From positions 385-64,384 of the forward strand of contig JBBRAK010000005.1 of the NCBI GenBank assembly GCA_038206875.1: DNA of 64,000 bases, in the 5' to 3' direction. The notes beneath the pieces are model-generated. The model was not told the DNA's origin. It was given only the letters and a program-made list of their open reading frames with translations, and made no database searches. Positions within the stretch are counted from its first letter, which is position 1, and each line of letters begins with the position of its first letter. Both the position numbers and the translations under genes were made by a program. Shown here piece by piece: positions 1 through 8,733 of this stretch. Origin of the DNA: Candidatus Saccharimonadales bacterium (GTDB lineage: Bacteria > Patescibacteriota > Saccharimonadia > Saccharimonadales > JBBQAJ01).

Positions 1-7
1 GCACGTT

Positions 8-571
8 ATGGCAGGTATCGAGTGGCAGCTACGCCACTTAACCAAACAGAGTGAAGAAGCGTACCGTATGTACATAGGCAGACTTGAATCACGCATTGCT
101 TCTCGGCGTGCAATCTTGGAGCGTAAACTTAATCAAGCGATGGAAGATAAGCGTACTAACGGTAAACAGTACACTCGTTTGCTAGACTTCCAAGTTGCCG
201 ATCCAAAGGCTTACGCAGCACATCATAAGGGTCGCCTAGAACACTATAAACATCTTGTAGAGCTGGCAAAGGAAGATATTGAGAAGCATGATGAAACTCT
301 GAAAGAACTAAATACTGCCCTCCCAACTAAGGAGGAGTTCTACGAACTCACCAAATCTAAACTGTTAGACCTACTACATGAGGATGATATTGTGGTTCTA
401 AACGCTATATGTAGCGAATTCGTTACGAACCTACGAGCTGGTAACGACTCTACCCCCGTTATAAACCTAAATCCACCATACGATTTAATGGTGGATTTGG
501 ACAAAATACTTATTGGTCGGGGTGAGAGGACTCGAACCTCCGACCCCCGCGTCCCAAACGCGGTGCGCTAG
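8..571 (+). CDS. Hypothetical charged coiled-coil protein, C-terminal part; it may start left of the window. Possibly belongs to an element integrated at tRNA-Pro.
   Basis: There is no in-frame stop between nt 2 and the ATG at 8. The sequence is heptad-like and charged (RLESRIASRRAILERKLNQAMEDK, LVELAKEDIEKHDETLKELN). The last ~19 codons and the stop (TAG 569-571) are read from the antisense of tRNA-Pro. No family was recognised; a recombinase role is only a guess from the tRNA adjacency. Confidence 0.4.
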   Translation: MAGIEWQLRHLTKQSEEAYRMYIGRLESRIASRRAILERKLNQAMEDKRTNGKQYTRLLDFQVADPKAYAAHHKGRLEHYKHLVELAKEDIEKHDETLKELNTALPTKEEFYELTKSKLLDLLHEDDIVVLNAICSEFVTNLRAGNDSTPVINLNPPYDLMVDLDKILIGRGERTRTSDPRVPNAVR

Positions 572-590
572 CCAACTGCGCCACACCCCG
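514..590 (-). tRNA. tRNA-Pro (anticodon UGG), CCA encoded
   Basis: The reverse complement reads CGGGGTGTGGCGCAGTTGGCTAGCGCACCGCGTTTGGGACGCGGGGGTCGGAGGTTCGAGTCCTCTCACCCCGACCA. It has acceptor CGGGGTG/CACCCCG, anticodon stem CCGCG/CGCGG with loop TTTGGGA, and T-arm GGAGGTTCGAGTCCTCT. The layout matches the canonical bacterial tRNA-Pro. Confidence 0.92.
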
Positions 591-643
591 ACAATGTAAT
601 ATGAAAAGTTTAATTGTTAACTTCAGCGCTGAGTACTAGCCAA

Positions 644-663
644 AGCCGACGTTTCAGTCGGCT
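644..663. other. Perfect 7-bp inverted repeat AGCCGAC-N6-GTCGGCT
   Basis: Read directly from the sequence. No T-run follows on either strand, so it is not a clear terminator. Confidence 0.6.
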
Positions 664-687
664 CCCCGTACATCCGCCCTGTGCGAA

Positions 688-716
688 TCGTCGGGGCTGC
701 GCCACACCCCGGCGTC
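688..716 (-). pseudogene. Internally deleted tRNA-Pro ghost, retaining the 5' 15 nt plus a 3' acceptor-like end
   Basis: Positions 697-711 are identical to tRNA-Pro nt 1-15 (576-590, CGGGGTGTGGCGCAG on the tRNA strand). On that strand they are followed by CCCCGACGA, which resembles the tRNA 3' end CCCCGACCA. The region folds as CGTCGGGG-N10-CCCCGGCG. Confidence 0.55.
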
Positions 717-737
717 AGAATTAACATTTCAGCTTAC

Positions 738-762
738 AAATAAACTTGAAATTAGTTTATTT
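738..762. other. Perfect 9-bp inverted repeat AAATAAACT-N7-AGTTTATTT flanked by CAGCTT direct repeats (730-735, 765-770)
   Basis: Read directly from the sequence. Confidence 0.6.
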
Positions 763-790
763 TCCAGCTTGCAGTTACTTCTTCCTTTTA

Positions 791-838
791 GTTTTTCAAA
801 CAGTCGAATCGGGAAACCCGCTCCTTGGTTTGAAAAAC
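791..838. other. Perfect 11-bp inverted repeat GTTTTTCAAAC-N26-GTTTGAAAAAC with a nested CGGG-AAA-CCCG mini-hairpin
   Basis: Read directly from the sequence. It lies in non-coding DNA; the only overlapping ORF (769-954) starts at TTG and is dubious. Confidence 0.65.
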
Positions 839-852
839 TGGCAAAAACCATC

Positions 853-869
853 GTAACTTATCAAGTTAC
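853..869. other. Perfect palindrome GTAACTT-ATC-AAGTTAC
   Basis: Read directly from the sequence. Confidence 0.6.
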
Positions 870-935
870 AGACCAGGATTATAGCTTAGTAATCTGTTTT
901 TTGCTAGTGGGACTGTGGCTCATATATTATTTTGA

Positions 936-944
936 TGATATAAT
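936..944 (+). promoter_or_regulatory. Extended -10 element TGATATAAT, 6 nt upstream of the ATG at 951
   Basis: TGnTATAAT matches the extended -10 consensus. The same 9-mer recurs at 11772-11780 ahead of the pilin genes. Confidence 0.45.
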
Positions 945-950
945 AATCCT

Positions 951-1109
951 ATGAAATACGCATCAGTTTTTTTGACCATACTGATGATATGGGTGGCTGT
1001 AATATTAATAGCGCTTACTAGGCATAACACTTCAGAAATTTTTCAGCTATATATAGCAACTATGGCTTCTACCATAATTTTGTTTCTTATAGGATTTTCC
1101 AAAAAGTAA
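951..1109 (+). CDS. Small two-TM membrane protein (52 aa), below the ORF-track size cutoff
   Basis: My translation is MKYASVFLTILMIWVAVILIALTRHNTSEIFQLYIATMASTIILFLIGFSKK*. It contains two hydrophobic helices. There is no SD, but TATAAT lies 6 nt upstream (leaderless layout). It ends 7 nt before the ABC1 kinase gene. Confidence 0.45.
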   Translation: MKYASVFLTILMIWVAVILIALTRHNTSEIFQLYIATMASTIILFLIGFSKK

Positions 1110-1116
1110 CTTTGAC

Positions 1117-2700
1117 ATGGTTCAGCAAACATATACAAACAGTCAAAAAAGCATCAGAAGAATCGCTGCGCAAATCAAGCGCAGGCGAACCATAAAACTT
1201 GCGCAAGTTGCCAGCAAAGCCTACAACCAACACCGCAAAGGTGACAAAGATGGCATGGCGGAAACAATCATAGATTCGTTCATTGACCTGGGTGGAGTAT
1301 ATGTAAAGTTTTTGCAGGGGGTGTTGTTACAGAGCACCAAATTAAAAGCTAGCAAAAACGCCAACAAGCTACGGATATTCGAAAACCTGGAAAGCGAGCC
1401 GATGGATATTAGCAGATATTTGCAATATCATTTGGGTCCAACCAGATTAAAAAACATCACTAGTATAAACCCGGTACCCTTTGCGGCTGGGAGTTTTGGT
1501 CAGGTATATTACGGCATCCATGCCGACGGAACTCCGATAATCATAAAAATCATGCGACCCTTAATCAAAGAAACCCTCAAATACGACCTAAAGCTGATTG
1601 GAATTTTTACCAAAAGGTTTATCAAAAAAGGCTACACCAACATGGACATAGACTTAAACCAGGCCTATGAAGAGTTTCGCCAAGCTACACTGCGCGAAAC
1701 TAACTACGTCGAAGAGGCAAATTTTGCCAACGAAATGTATGAACACTACAAAGAAAATCCCAAATTTATCATACCCAAAACATATCTAGACCTTTGCACC
1801 CCCAGCCTGATTGTCCAAGAATTTATAGATGGTATTTCCGCAGCACAGCTACTGACACTCAAAGAACAAGGTGTCGACCCCAAGCCATACATACAAGAAC
1901 AACTGGGTTCAGATATAGACGAACAGCTGATAACCGTCGGTTTCGAATATATGTACGGAGTTTACACTCTGGAAAGACTTCAGGGTGACCCACATCCCGG
2001 AAACATTAGGTTCATGACCGACAATCGAGTTGGACTTATAGACTTTGGAATATCTGCCAGAACTCCCAAAGAAAAAGCTGCGTTTTTGGATTTGTTGCAC
2101 GAATACGGCAAGCTTTACAAGGGGCAACAAGACGTGGCAAATATGTTCAATCAGTTTTTGCGGTTTTTTGTATCCGACCTGTACGGCGCACTTAAAAAAC
2201 TAAACACTATGATGCCAAAAAAGCCCACTGACGAAGATTTTACAAAAATTGTCGGCAAGATAGCCGAACAAGCTTTCAATAGCGAAATGGGCGACAAAGC
2301 TACCCTAACCTCACTGCTAAAAGATGCAAGCGAAACTCAGCTCATGATAACGCTCAACAAAATGGTAAACAAAGACAATCGGTTCGGTCTGGTTATGAAA
2401 CTAGAAACTTCGGAATTTACTCGAGCAACTTCTACCTACATCTCACTCGTCGGTGCGCTAGAGCGGAGGCCTCAAGTACTGCCAAACGTTTTTTTGCGCA
2501 GTGTAGCTGCTATCGAGAGAGATTTTGGCGACGTTATTGACGACCCCACCGGTGAAAAAAGTATCAGCCAAGCTCTAGAAATTATTAGTAGTTGGCTGGA
2601 GCGGATAGCACTGCGCGATCCACAGCTGTTTAAGCAACTGATGGAACGAATTAGAATTGGTGATAGTATAAACAATGTAAAGGAGATTCCAAATGCTTAA
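1117..2700 (+). CDS. ABC1/UbiB (ADCK) family atypical protein kinase
   Basis: Family motifs are present: GGVYVKFLQGVLLQS, PFAAGSFGQVYYG...IIIKIMRP (nucleotide-binding Lys), GDPHPGNIRF and LIDFG. Confidence 0.85.
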   Translation: MVQQTYTNSQKSIRRIAAQIKRRRTIKLAQVASKAYNQHRKGDKDGMAETIIDSFIDLGGVYVKFLQGVLLQSTKLKASKNANKLRIFENLESEPMDISRYLQYHLGPTRLKNITSINPVPFAAGSFGQVYYGIHADGTPIIIKIMRPLIKETLKYDLKLIGIFTKRFIKKGYTNMDIDLNQAYEEFRQATLRETNYVEEANFANEMYEHYKENPKFIIPKTYLDLCTPSLIVQEFIDGISAAQLLTLKEQGVDPKPYIQEQLGSDIDEQLITVGFEYMYGVYTLERLQGDPHPGNIRFMTDNRVGLIDFGISARTPKEKAAFLDLLHEYGKLYKGQQDVANMFNQFLRFFVSDLYGALKKLNTMMPKKPTDEDFTKIVGKIAEQAFNSEMGDKATLTSLLKDASETQLMITLNKMVNKDNRFGLVMKLETSEFTRATSTYISLVGALERRPQVLPNVFLRSVAAIERDFGDVIDDPTGEKSISQALEIISSWLERIALRDPQLFKQLMERIRIGDSINNVKEIPNA

Positions 2701-2878
2701 AGATTTCTTTCTTTTTATAAAATACCCTTACACAGCAGCAATAATAGCTACAATATGGCTAGGAAGCGCTGCACTTTTGGCGATGAACGACGGGCTTCCT
2801 CTAGTACAGATAGTGATAATTGATATGTTTGCCAGCGTGTTTATAGGTTTTTTTGGGTTTAGCGGAACACAAAACTAA
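2693..2878 (+). CDS. Small membrane protein (61 aa, 2 TM)
   Basis: A strong SD (AAGGAG) lies 7 nt upstream of the ATG. It overlaps the upstream gene by 8 nt and has hydrophobic helices. Confidence 0.6.
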   Translation: MLKDFFLFIKYPYTAAIIATIWLGSAALLAMNDGLPLVQIVIIDMFASVFIGFFGFSGTQN

Positions 2879-2887
2879 TTTAGCTTT

Positions 2888-3688
2888 TTAGTTATAGGAC
2901 TTTTGAATCTGGCTTATTGATTTTGCCAAACCTGTTTTGGAGTCGATGTCCACCAAAACTGCATTGAACTGGTATGGACCGGCGTTTTCGAGTACATTTC
3001 GGCTAGCTTTACCGCTTAGCCATCTCTCGACAATGATATTGGTTTTTACACCCAGAGAAGAGTGCAGGGCACCACACATGCCAACGTCAGTGATATGGGC
3101 AGTTCCGTTCGGCAATATCATGGCGTCTGCTGTGGGCACATGCCAGTGATCGCCAATTACTGCACTAACTCGACCATCCAGATAATAGCCAATAACCCGT
3201 TTTTGACTGCTATAGTCACCATGAAAGTTTACGATTGTTGCCGATAAATCCGTTTTGGATGTTTCTTTCAATATTTCGTCGATAATTTTTAGAGGATTTT
3301 GCATGGGATTGTCAGAATCTTTTCCTACGATATCACCAAGCAAACTAACTATTAGTACGCTACCTGTAGCGTGGCTGAGTATTTTGTACGCTACACCTGG
3401 TGTGCCTTCGGGGTAGTTTGCCGGACGGACTATTGGTTGTTTTGGGTCGTTTAGGGCACCGAAAATTTCCGGTTTATTCAAAGTCCAATTGCCTCCTGTA
3501 CAAAAATCCACCCCAATGTTGCGGAGTTTCTGGAAATCGTCCAAAGAGACGCCCTTCCCGTCCGTAGCATTTTCAGCTTGGGCAATTACGATATCTGTTT
3601 TTGATTCTTTGATCAGATCGGGCAAAATCTGTGCTACGACTTTCAGCCCAACTTCGCCCATAACGTCACCAATATATAAAATTCGCAT
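2888..3688 (-). CDS. ymdB: YmdB-like metallophosphoesterase (2',3'-cyclic-nucleotide phosphodiesterase family)
   Basis: It starts MRILYIGDVMG and carries GDHWHVPTAD and GMCG motifs. It lies directly downstream of rny, as in Bacillus. Confidence 0.85.
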   Translation of the reverse strand: MRILYIGDVMGEVGLKVVAQILPDLIKESKTDIVIAQAENATDGKGVSLDDFQKLRNIGVDFCTGGNWTLNKPEIFGALNDPKQPIVRPANYPEGTPGVAYKILSHATGSVLIVSLLGDIVGKDSDNPMQNPLKIIDEILKETSKTDLSATIVNFHGDYSSQKRVIGYYLDGRVSAVIGDHWHVPTADAMILPNGTAHITDVGMCGALHSSLGVKTNIIVERWLSGKASRNVLENAGPYQFNAVLVDIDSKTGLAKSISQIQKSYN

Positions 3689-3723
3689 GTTTAAAGTGTA
3701 CTATTTTTAGTAAAACTGTGGGA

Positions 3724-5247
3724 CTATTTGGCAAACTCAATTGCACGGGTTTCACGGATGACGTTTACTTTTATGGTTCCAGGGTACTGCATGCTGGCTT
3801 CTATTTTGGTGGCAATGTCTCTAGCAAGTTTAATGGCAGATAGGTCATCTATGGCGCCTGGGTTAACGAAAACCCTAACTTCACGTCCGGCGCTAATTGC
3901 ATATGATTTGTCGATACCAGGAAAGCCATTTGCGATGTTTTCAAGGTCTTTCATACGTTCAGCAAAGTTTTCTGAGCTAATATTTCTAGCGCCTGGGCGG
4001 GACGCGCTAATTGCGTCTACTACACGCACTATGACTGCTTCTGTACTGGTTGCCTCTACGTCGTCATGGTGTTGTTCGGCGGCAAGTGCTACTTCTTCTG
4101 GTGCGCCAAATTTGCGTAACATTTCGCCACTTATGTGGTGATGTTTGCCTTCCATTTTGTGTGATAGGGCTTTTCCGAGATCGTGTACAAGAGCGGCGTA
4201 TTTGGTGGTTTTTACATTTGCTCCCACTTCTTCGGCTATGATTCCTGCTATATGTGCCATTTCGGTACTGTGTTTTAGCACGTTTTGTCCGTAGCTAGTA
4301 CGGAACTTGAGTTCTCCAAGTAGTTCCAAAACTTCTTTTGGAATACCAATAATTCCTACTTCTCGAGCAGCATCTTCTCCGGCGTGAATAACCGTTTTTT
4401 GAACTTCTTTTTGAGCTTTTTCTACAATTTCTTCAATCCTACCAGGATGAACACGACCGTCTTTGAGCAACATCTCAAGTGCTTGACGGGCTACTTCACG
4501 ACGAACCGGATCAAAGCTACTAAGTACAATATATCCTGGTGTATCATCAACCATGATGTCTACTCCGGTTGCCCGCTGAAGTGCCTGAATGTTTCTGCCT
4601 TCTTTGCCGATTATTCGACCTTTCATCTCTTCGTCTTCTAGTTTTACTGAAGTTATGGTCCGCTCTGCAGTCACTTCGCTGGCCATTCGCTCCATAGCAC
4701 CTACCAATATTGCTCCAGCTTTTTCTTCAGCCAAGTCTTTGGCGTCGTTTTGGAGTTTTGAGACAAGTCCTGTTAGGTCATTTTTTATGTCACGCTCGGT
4801 CATTTGCAACAGCTTGTCGGCCGCATCTGATTTGGTAAGTTTGGCTATTTTTTCAAGCTTTTCTTGCTGTTTGCCACGAATGTCTCGGATTTCGTTTTTG
4901 AGTTCTACCAACTCGTCTTCGCCTTTTCGTAAAGACACTGCTCGCTTGTCTATGTCGTCTAGTTTTTTATCTAAAGCTTCTTCCCGACTAAGTAGACGTT
5001 GTTCGATTTCTTTGATTTCTTTGCGGCGTGTTTGGTCATCTTTTTTGGACTCTTCGGCAGCTTTTAGCGCTTCTTCGCGGGCTTCGTCAATTAGTTTGCT
5101 TGCTTCTTTTTTGGCTTTTGCTAAATCTTTTTTAGCATTTTCTTCTGCACTACCCAATTTTTGCTTGGTCACAACTGTGTTTGCGCCAAAGCCAATACCT
5201 AACCCGACTAATGCTAATACAATAGTTATTGGATCCATACTGGACAC
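3724..5247 (-). CDS. rny: Ribonuclease Y
   Basis: It has an N-terminal TM helix, a Lys/Glu-rich coiled coil, a KH domain (IIGKEGRNIQALQRATGVDI) and an HD domain (LVHDLGKA...HH). Confidence 0.95.
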   Translation of the reverse strand: MSSMDPITIVLALVGLGIGFGANTVVTKQKLGSAEENAKKDLAKAKKEASKLIDEAREEALKAAEESKKDDQTRRKEIKEIEQRLLSREEALDKKLDDIDKRAVSLRKGEDELVELKNEIRDIRGKQQEKLEKIAKLTKSDAADKLLQMTERDIKNDLTGLVSKLQNDAKDLAEEKAGAILVGAMERMASEVTAERTITSVKLEDEEMKGRIIGKEGRNIQALQRATGVDIMVDDTPGYIVLSSFDPVRREVARQALEMLLKDGRVHPGRIEEIVEKAQKEVQKTVIHAGEDAAREVGIIGIPKEVLELLGELKFRTSYGQNVLKHSTEMAHIAGIIAEEVGANVKTTKYAALVHDLGKALSHKMEGKHHHISGEMLRKFGAPEEVALAAEQHHDDVEATSTEAVIVRVVDAISASRPGARNISSENFAERMKDLENIANGFPGIDKSYAISAGREVRVFVNPGAIDDLSAIKLARDIATKIEASMQYPGTIKVNVIRETRAIEFAK

Positions 5248-5477
5248 CTCATCTTTCTATATGGTCCAAAGTAATTCGTTGTGCGTCACTATCACTTCAT
5301 TAGCACTAGATTTACTTTAGAAATTCAAATTAATACGATTTTTGGATTCTGCTCCCAAAGAACAGTGGTTATCCTGCCTAAATAATACCTTTTTTTGGAT
5401 TTTCTGACAACTAGTCTTGAGCCCTGGAATATTACAAATCGCATAATTGCTTTTCGGAAGTTGGTGAAATGTAACGT

Positions 5478-5867
5478 TTACTTACGTTGTTTCGTAGTTG
5501 TGGCTGGCGCGCCGTAGTTTGGAACGGGTATTTTTTCGGATTGACCGTCAAGCAGTCTGGCAATGCCCGATTCCAACCAATCCTCTGCACTCGAAACAAT
5601 TGGTATATTCAAGCCGTACGCTAGTGCGCCCGCCACAGACACTCCAATTCGAAGTCCCGTAAAACTTCCTGGACCTTCAAAAACCACGATACCCTCTACC
5701 TGATGAAGCGTTATGCTTTGTATATTTAAGAGGCTCTGGATTTTTTGGTGAATAGTTTCGGCAAGCAGTCGATGGGCTTGCCATTTGTCATATGCTAGTT
5801 GTTTTTGGTCATCATATAGACCAATTTCGGCTTCTGGCTTGTCGGTTCGGATGGTTAGAATAATCAT
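5478..5867 (-). CDS. tsaB: Short TsaB-like protein (t6A biosynthesis)
   Basis: It contains GPGSFTGLRIGVSVAGALAYGLNIPIV and overlaps tsaE by 4 nt. It is shorter than the canonical TsaB. Confidence 0.75.
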   Translation of the reverse strand: MIILTIRTDKPEAEIGLYDDQKQLAYDKWQAHRLLAETIHQKIQSLLNIQSITLHQVEGIVVFEGPGSFTGLRIGVSVAGALAYGLNIPIVSSAEDWLESGIARLLDGQSEKIPVPNYGAPATTTKQRK

Positions 5868-6328
5868 ATCGACTCTACCAAATATGCTAATCTACTGGGA
5901 TATGTTAGTTTAAGTTCTCGTGCTTCATCGGACGATTTTTTGATACTTATTGTCAGACGAGTTTCTGGTAATACGTGCCGAACAACTTCTCCCCATTCCA
6001 CCACAACCACTGCCGAGGGATTATCTAGAGATTCTTGAAGTTCATGTTCCATCAGGCCTGCTTCTGTCAATCGATAGAAATCGAAGTGATGAACAGTGAT
6101 GTTCGGGGACTTGTATATTTTACTCAGCATAAAAGTTGGACTACCTACCACGTCACTGCTCCCAACTCCTCGGGCAAGACCTCTAGTAAAAGTAGTCTTG
6201 CCTCCTCCCAAATCGCTCAATAGTTCAATTACCTCTCCTCCTCCAAGCCGTCGCCCAATTTTTACACCGATATTTTCTGTAGAATCTGCAGAATCACTTT
6301 TAACAATTTTCACTTTCACGGTGCTCAT
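5864..6328 (-). CDS. tsaE: TsaE (YjeE) ATPase
   Basis: It has the P-loop LSDLGGGKTTFTRGLARG, an SPTF motif and the DFYRL motif. Confidence 0.85.
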   Translation of the reverse strand: MSTVKVKIVKSDSADSTENIGVKIGRRLGGGEVIELLSDLGGGKTTFTRGLARGVGSSDVVGSPTFMLSKIYKSPNITVHHFDFYRLTEAGLMEHELQESLDNPSAVVVVEWGEVVRHVLPETRLTISIKKSSDEARELKLTYPSRLAYLVESI

Positions 6329-6387
6329 TTCACCATACTACAGTTGATGACCCAACTCGGGCAACAAATTTATGATACTTTATATAT

Positions 6388-6918
6388 ATGCTTCAGCTTA
6401 GTTCTACGCTTTTTAATCAGTCAGTTTTGTCACTCCGCACTGGTGGCGTGGTAGCAACAGCAGTAGAGCCGATTATAAATCCAAACAACCTCAAGGTGGA
6501 AGGTTTTTATTGTGACGATAGATTTGAAAAAAATCAGTTGATTTTACTCACGCAGGATATACGCGACCGTGTTGAGCGGGGATTTGTCATAAATGACCAT
6601 GAAGTTTTGGCAGAGCCCGAAGAGTTGATACGCTTAGAAAAAGTGCTGAAACTGCGATTTACTCTAATTGGCAAACCAGTTGTAACTGTCAACAAACACC
6701 GTTTAGGCAAAATAAACGATTATGCAGTTGATGACACTGCTTTGTATGTACAAAAAATATATGTGGGTCAGAGTGTTCTAAAAAGTTTCACTGGTGGCAA
6801 TTTGAGCATAGATAGAAATCAGATAGTAGAGATTACAGACCGCAAAATAGTGGTTCAGGAACCACTAAAAGGCGTTAGAGATGCTGTACCTGCAGGTGCA
6901 CCAGCACCTGCAGCATAA
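6388..6918 (+). CDS. PRC-barrel domain protein (two repeats)
   Basis: A PRC-barrel-like pattern (VLSLRTGGVVATAVEPIINPNNLKVEGFYC) appears, with a second similar half. The C-terminus is Pro/Ala-rich. Confidence 0.5.
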   Translation: MLQLSSTLFNQSVLSLRTGGVVATAVEPIINPNNLKVEGFYCDDRFEKNQLILLTQDIRDRVERGFVINDHEVLAEPEELIRLEKVLKLRFTLIGKPVVTVNKHRLGKINDYAVDDTALYVQKIYVGQSVLKSFTGGNLSIDRNQIVEITDRKIVVQEPLKGVRDAVPAGAPAPAA

Positions 6919-6924
6919 GCCTAT

Positions 6925-7527
6925 TTATGTTTCTTCTTTTAGGACGGATTTTATATCACCGTAGTTGTAGCCTTGGCGTACTAGGTATTGCATAAGTTTT
7001 AAATCGTCACTGTATTTGGATTGTTTGCGCTTTCGGGCTATCAGTTCACGGAGAACTTCACTTTCGTCTGTTTCGTCGTTTTCTAGCGTTGATTGGATGA
7101 TTTCATCGGGAACTCTCTTTTGACGTAATTCTTGAGTAAGGCGTCGTTTACTAGTGGATTTTAGTAGTCGACGAGACTCGACCCATCGCTTTGCAAAATC
7201 AGCGTCATCTACAAATCCCCTTTCACTTAACTTGTTAAGTATTGTATCGGTCACGTCCGTACTATAGTCTTTGCGTTTTAAATAGTCCCGTAGTTCCCAC
7301 TCACTTCTGGGACGTCGCATAATAAGATTTAGAGCGCGGTCGTATCCTTTGTCTACAACTGCCCTATTTTTGAGCTCGTCCAACTCTGTCTGAGAAAACT
7401 CCTGTCCAATCTTAATCCCAGTGCTTAAAAGTTCAGTTTCCCCCAATGGAAACGAATATTTGCCATCTACAAAAATAGAATACCTATCTACTCTCTTAAT
7501 CTGATGTTTAATGTCAGTAATTTTCAT
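6925..7527 (-). CDS. recX: RecX regulatory protein
   Basis: It shows the three-repeat helical pattern (ALNLIMRRPRSEWELRDYLKRK, ILNKLSERGFVDDADFAKRWVESR) and lies immediately downstream of recA. Confidence 0.85.
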   Translation of the reverse strand: MKITDIKHQIKRVDRYSIFVDGKYSFPLGETELLSTGIKIGQEFSQTELDELKNRAVVDKGYDRALNLIMRRPRSEWELRDYLKRKDYSTDVTDTILNKLSERGFVDDADFAKRWVESRRLLKSTSKRRLTQELRQKRVPDEIIQSTLENDETDESEVLRELIARKRKQSKYSDDLKLMQYLVRQGYNYGDIKSVLKEET

Positions 7528-7583
7528 GCGCGCGTACTAAATTTACTTCGATTCTGAATAACAAATATGCCGATATTTTTCTC

Positions 7584-8612
7584 TTAATCTTCTTTTTTGG
7601 CAGCGTCTTTTACTTTTTTAGCAATTTCCGCTAGGACTTTGGGATTTGCTTCTAGGTAGGTTTTGGCAGCTTCTCGGCCTTGACTGATTTTTTCACCATT
7701 ATAGGCAAACCAAGCCCCAGATTTTTCTACAATTCCCTTGTCTGTTGCCAGGTCTAATATGTCGCCACTTGCACTGATGCCCTGGTTGTACATGATGTCA
7801 AATTCAGCTTGTCGAAAAGGTGGAGCAATTTTGTTTTTGACCACTTTTACTCGAGTGCGGTTGCCAATAATCTCATCCCCCTGTTTGATCTGAGCTATTC
7901 TGCGAATATCCATACGAACAGAAGCGTAAAATTTTAGGGCATTTCCACCAGTTGTTGTTTCTGGGTTGCCGAACATGACGCCAATCTTCATGCGAATTTG
8001 GTTTATAAATATCACGGTGGTGTTGCTACGGCTAATAACACCTGTAAGTTTTCGCAGTGCCTGGCTCATAAGTCGCGCTTGGAGTCCCATGTGACTGTCG
8101 CCCATGTCGCCTTCGATTTCAGCGCGAGGAACTAGGGCCGCCACAGAATCAACAACAACCAAATCAACGGCGTTGCTTCGCACAAGTGTTTCAACGATTT
8201 CGAGTGCCTGTTCGCCGTTGTCTGGTTGTGAAAGCAATAAATTCCCAGTATCAACACCTATGCGTTTTGCGTATGCAGGATCTAGGGCATGTTCGGCATC
8301 AATAAATGCTGCCGTCCCGCCCTGTTTCTGAATTTCAGCAATTACATGAAGAGTTAATGTAGTTTTACCAGAACTTTCTGGACCATAAATCTCTATGACG
8401 CGTCCTTTTGGCACACCACCACCCAATGCCAAGTCTAGACTCAAACTACCGGTTGGTATGCATTCAACCTCTACGTCGACCCTTTCGCCAAGTTTCATGA
8501 TAGAACCTTTGCCGTACTGTTTTTCGATGGTTTCGATGGCTAAACCTAACGCCTTGGTTTTACCAGTCGTTTCTGCTGGAGATGCCTGCTTTTTGTCCTT
8601 GTCAGTCGCCAT
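7584..8612 (-). CDS. recA: Recombinase RecA
   Basis: It has Walker [11 protein letters not shown] plus [10 protein letters not shown] and the L1/L2 loop regions. The SD is AGGAGGG. Confidence 0.98.
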   Translation of the reverse strand: MATDKDKKQASPAETTGKTKALGLAIETIEKQYGKGSIMKLGERVDVEVECIPTGSLSLDLALGGGVPKGRVIEIYGPESSGKTTLTLHVIAEIQKQGGTAAFIDAEHALDPAYAKRIGVDTGNLLLSQPDNGEQALEIVETLVRSNAVDLVVVDSVAALVPRAEIEGDMGDSHMGLQARLMSQALRKLTGVISRSNTTVIFINQIRMKIGVMFGNPETTTGGNALKFYASVRMDIRRIAQIKQGDEIIGNRTRVKVVKNKIAPPFRQAEFDIMYNQGISASGDILDLATDKGIVEKSGAWFAYNGEKISQGREAAKTYLEANPKVLAEIAKKVKDAAKKED

Positions 8613-8720
8613 AGTTTTACCCTCCTGTTAATCCAAAACTTGTACTTATTAGTATAGCAAAACTGTTAGAGTTAAAAACTGCTTATGCTCAAAACCCTAG
8701 CATCACGCTTGTGGTTACAC

Positions 8721-8726
8721 TATAAT
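8721..8726 (+). promoter_or_regulatory. Candidate -10 hexamer TATAAT, 7 nt upstream of the pilB ATG (leaderless layout)
   Basis: TATAAT-AACAACA-ATG with no SD. No good -35 was seen. Confidence 0.4.
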
Positions 8727-8733
8727 AACAACA

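Noticed and set aside
769-954. 61-aa ORF from the ORF track
   Set aside because: It starts at a TTG, has no SD or promoter, and spans three perfect inverted repeats. It more likely overlaps structured non-coding DNA by chance.
4589-5320. 243-aa Ser/Phe/Leu-rich ORF on the + strand
   Set aside because: It is entirely antisense to rny. Its low-complexity composition is what the reverse complement of the Lys/Glu-rich coiled-coil codons (AAG/GAA) yields. It has no start context and no recognisable family.
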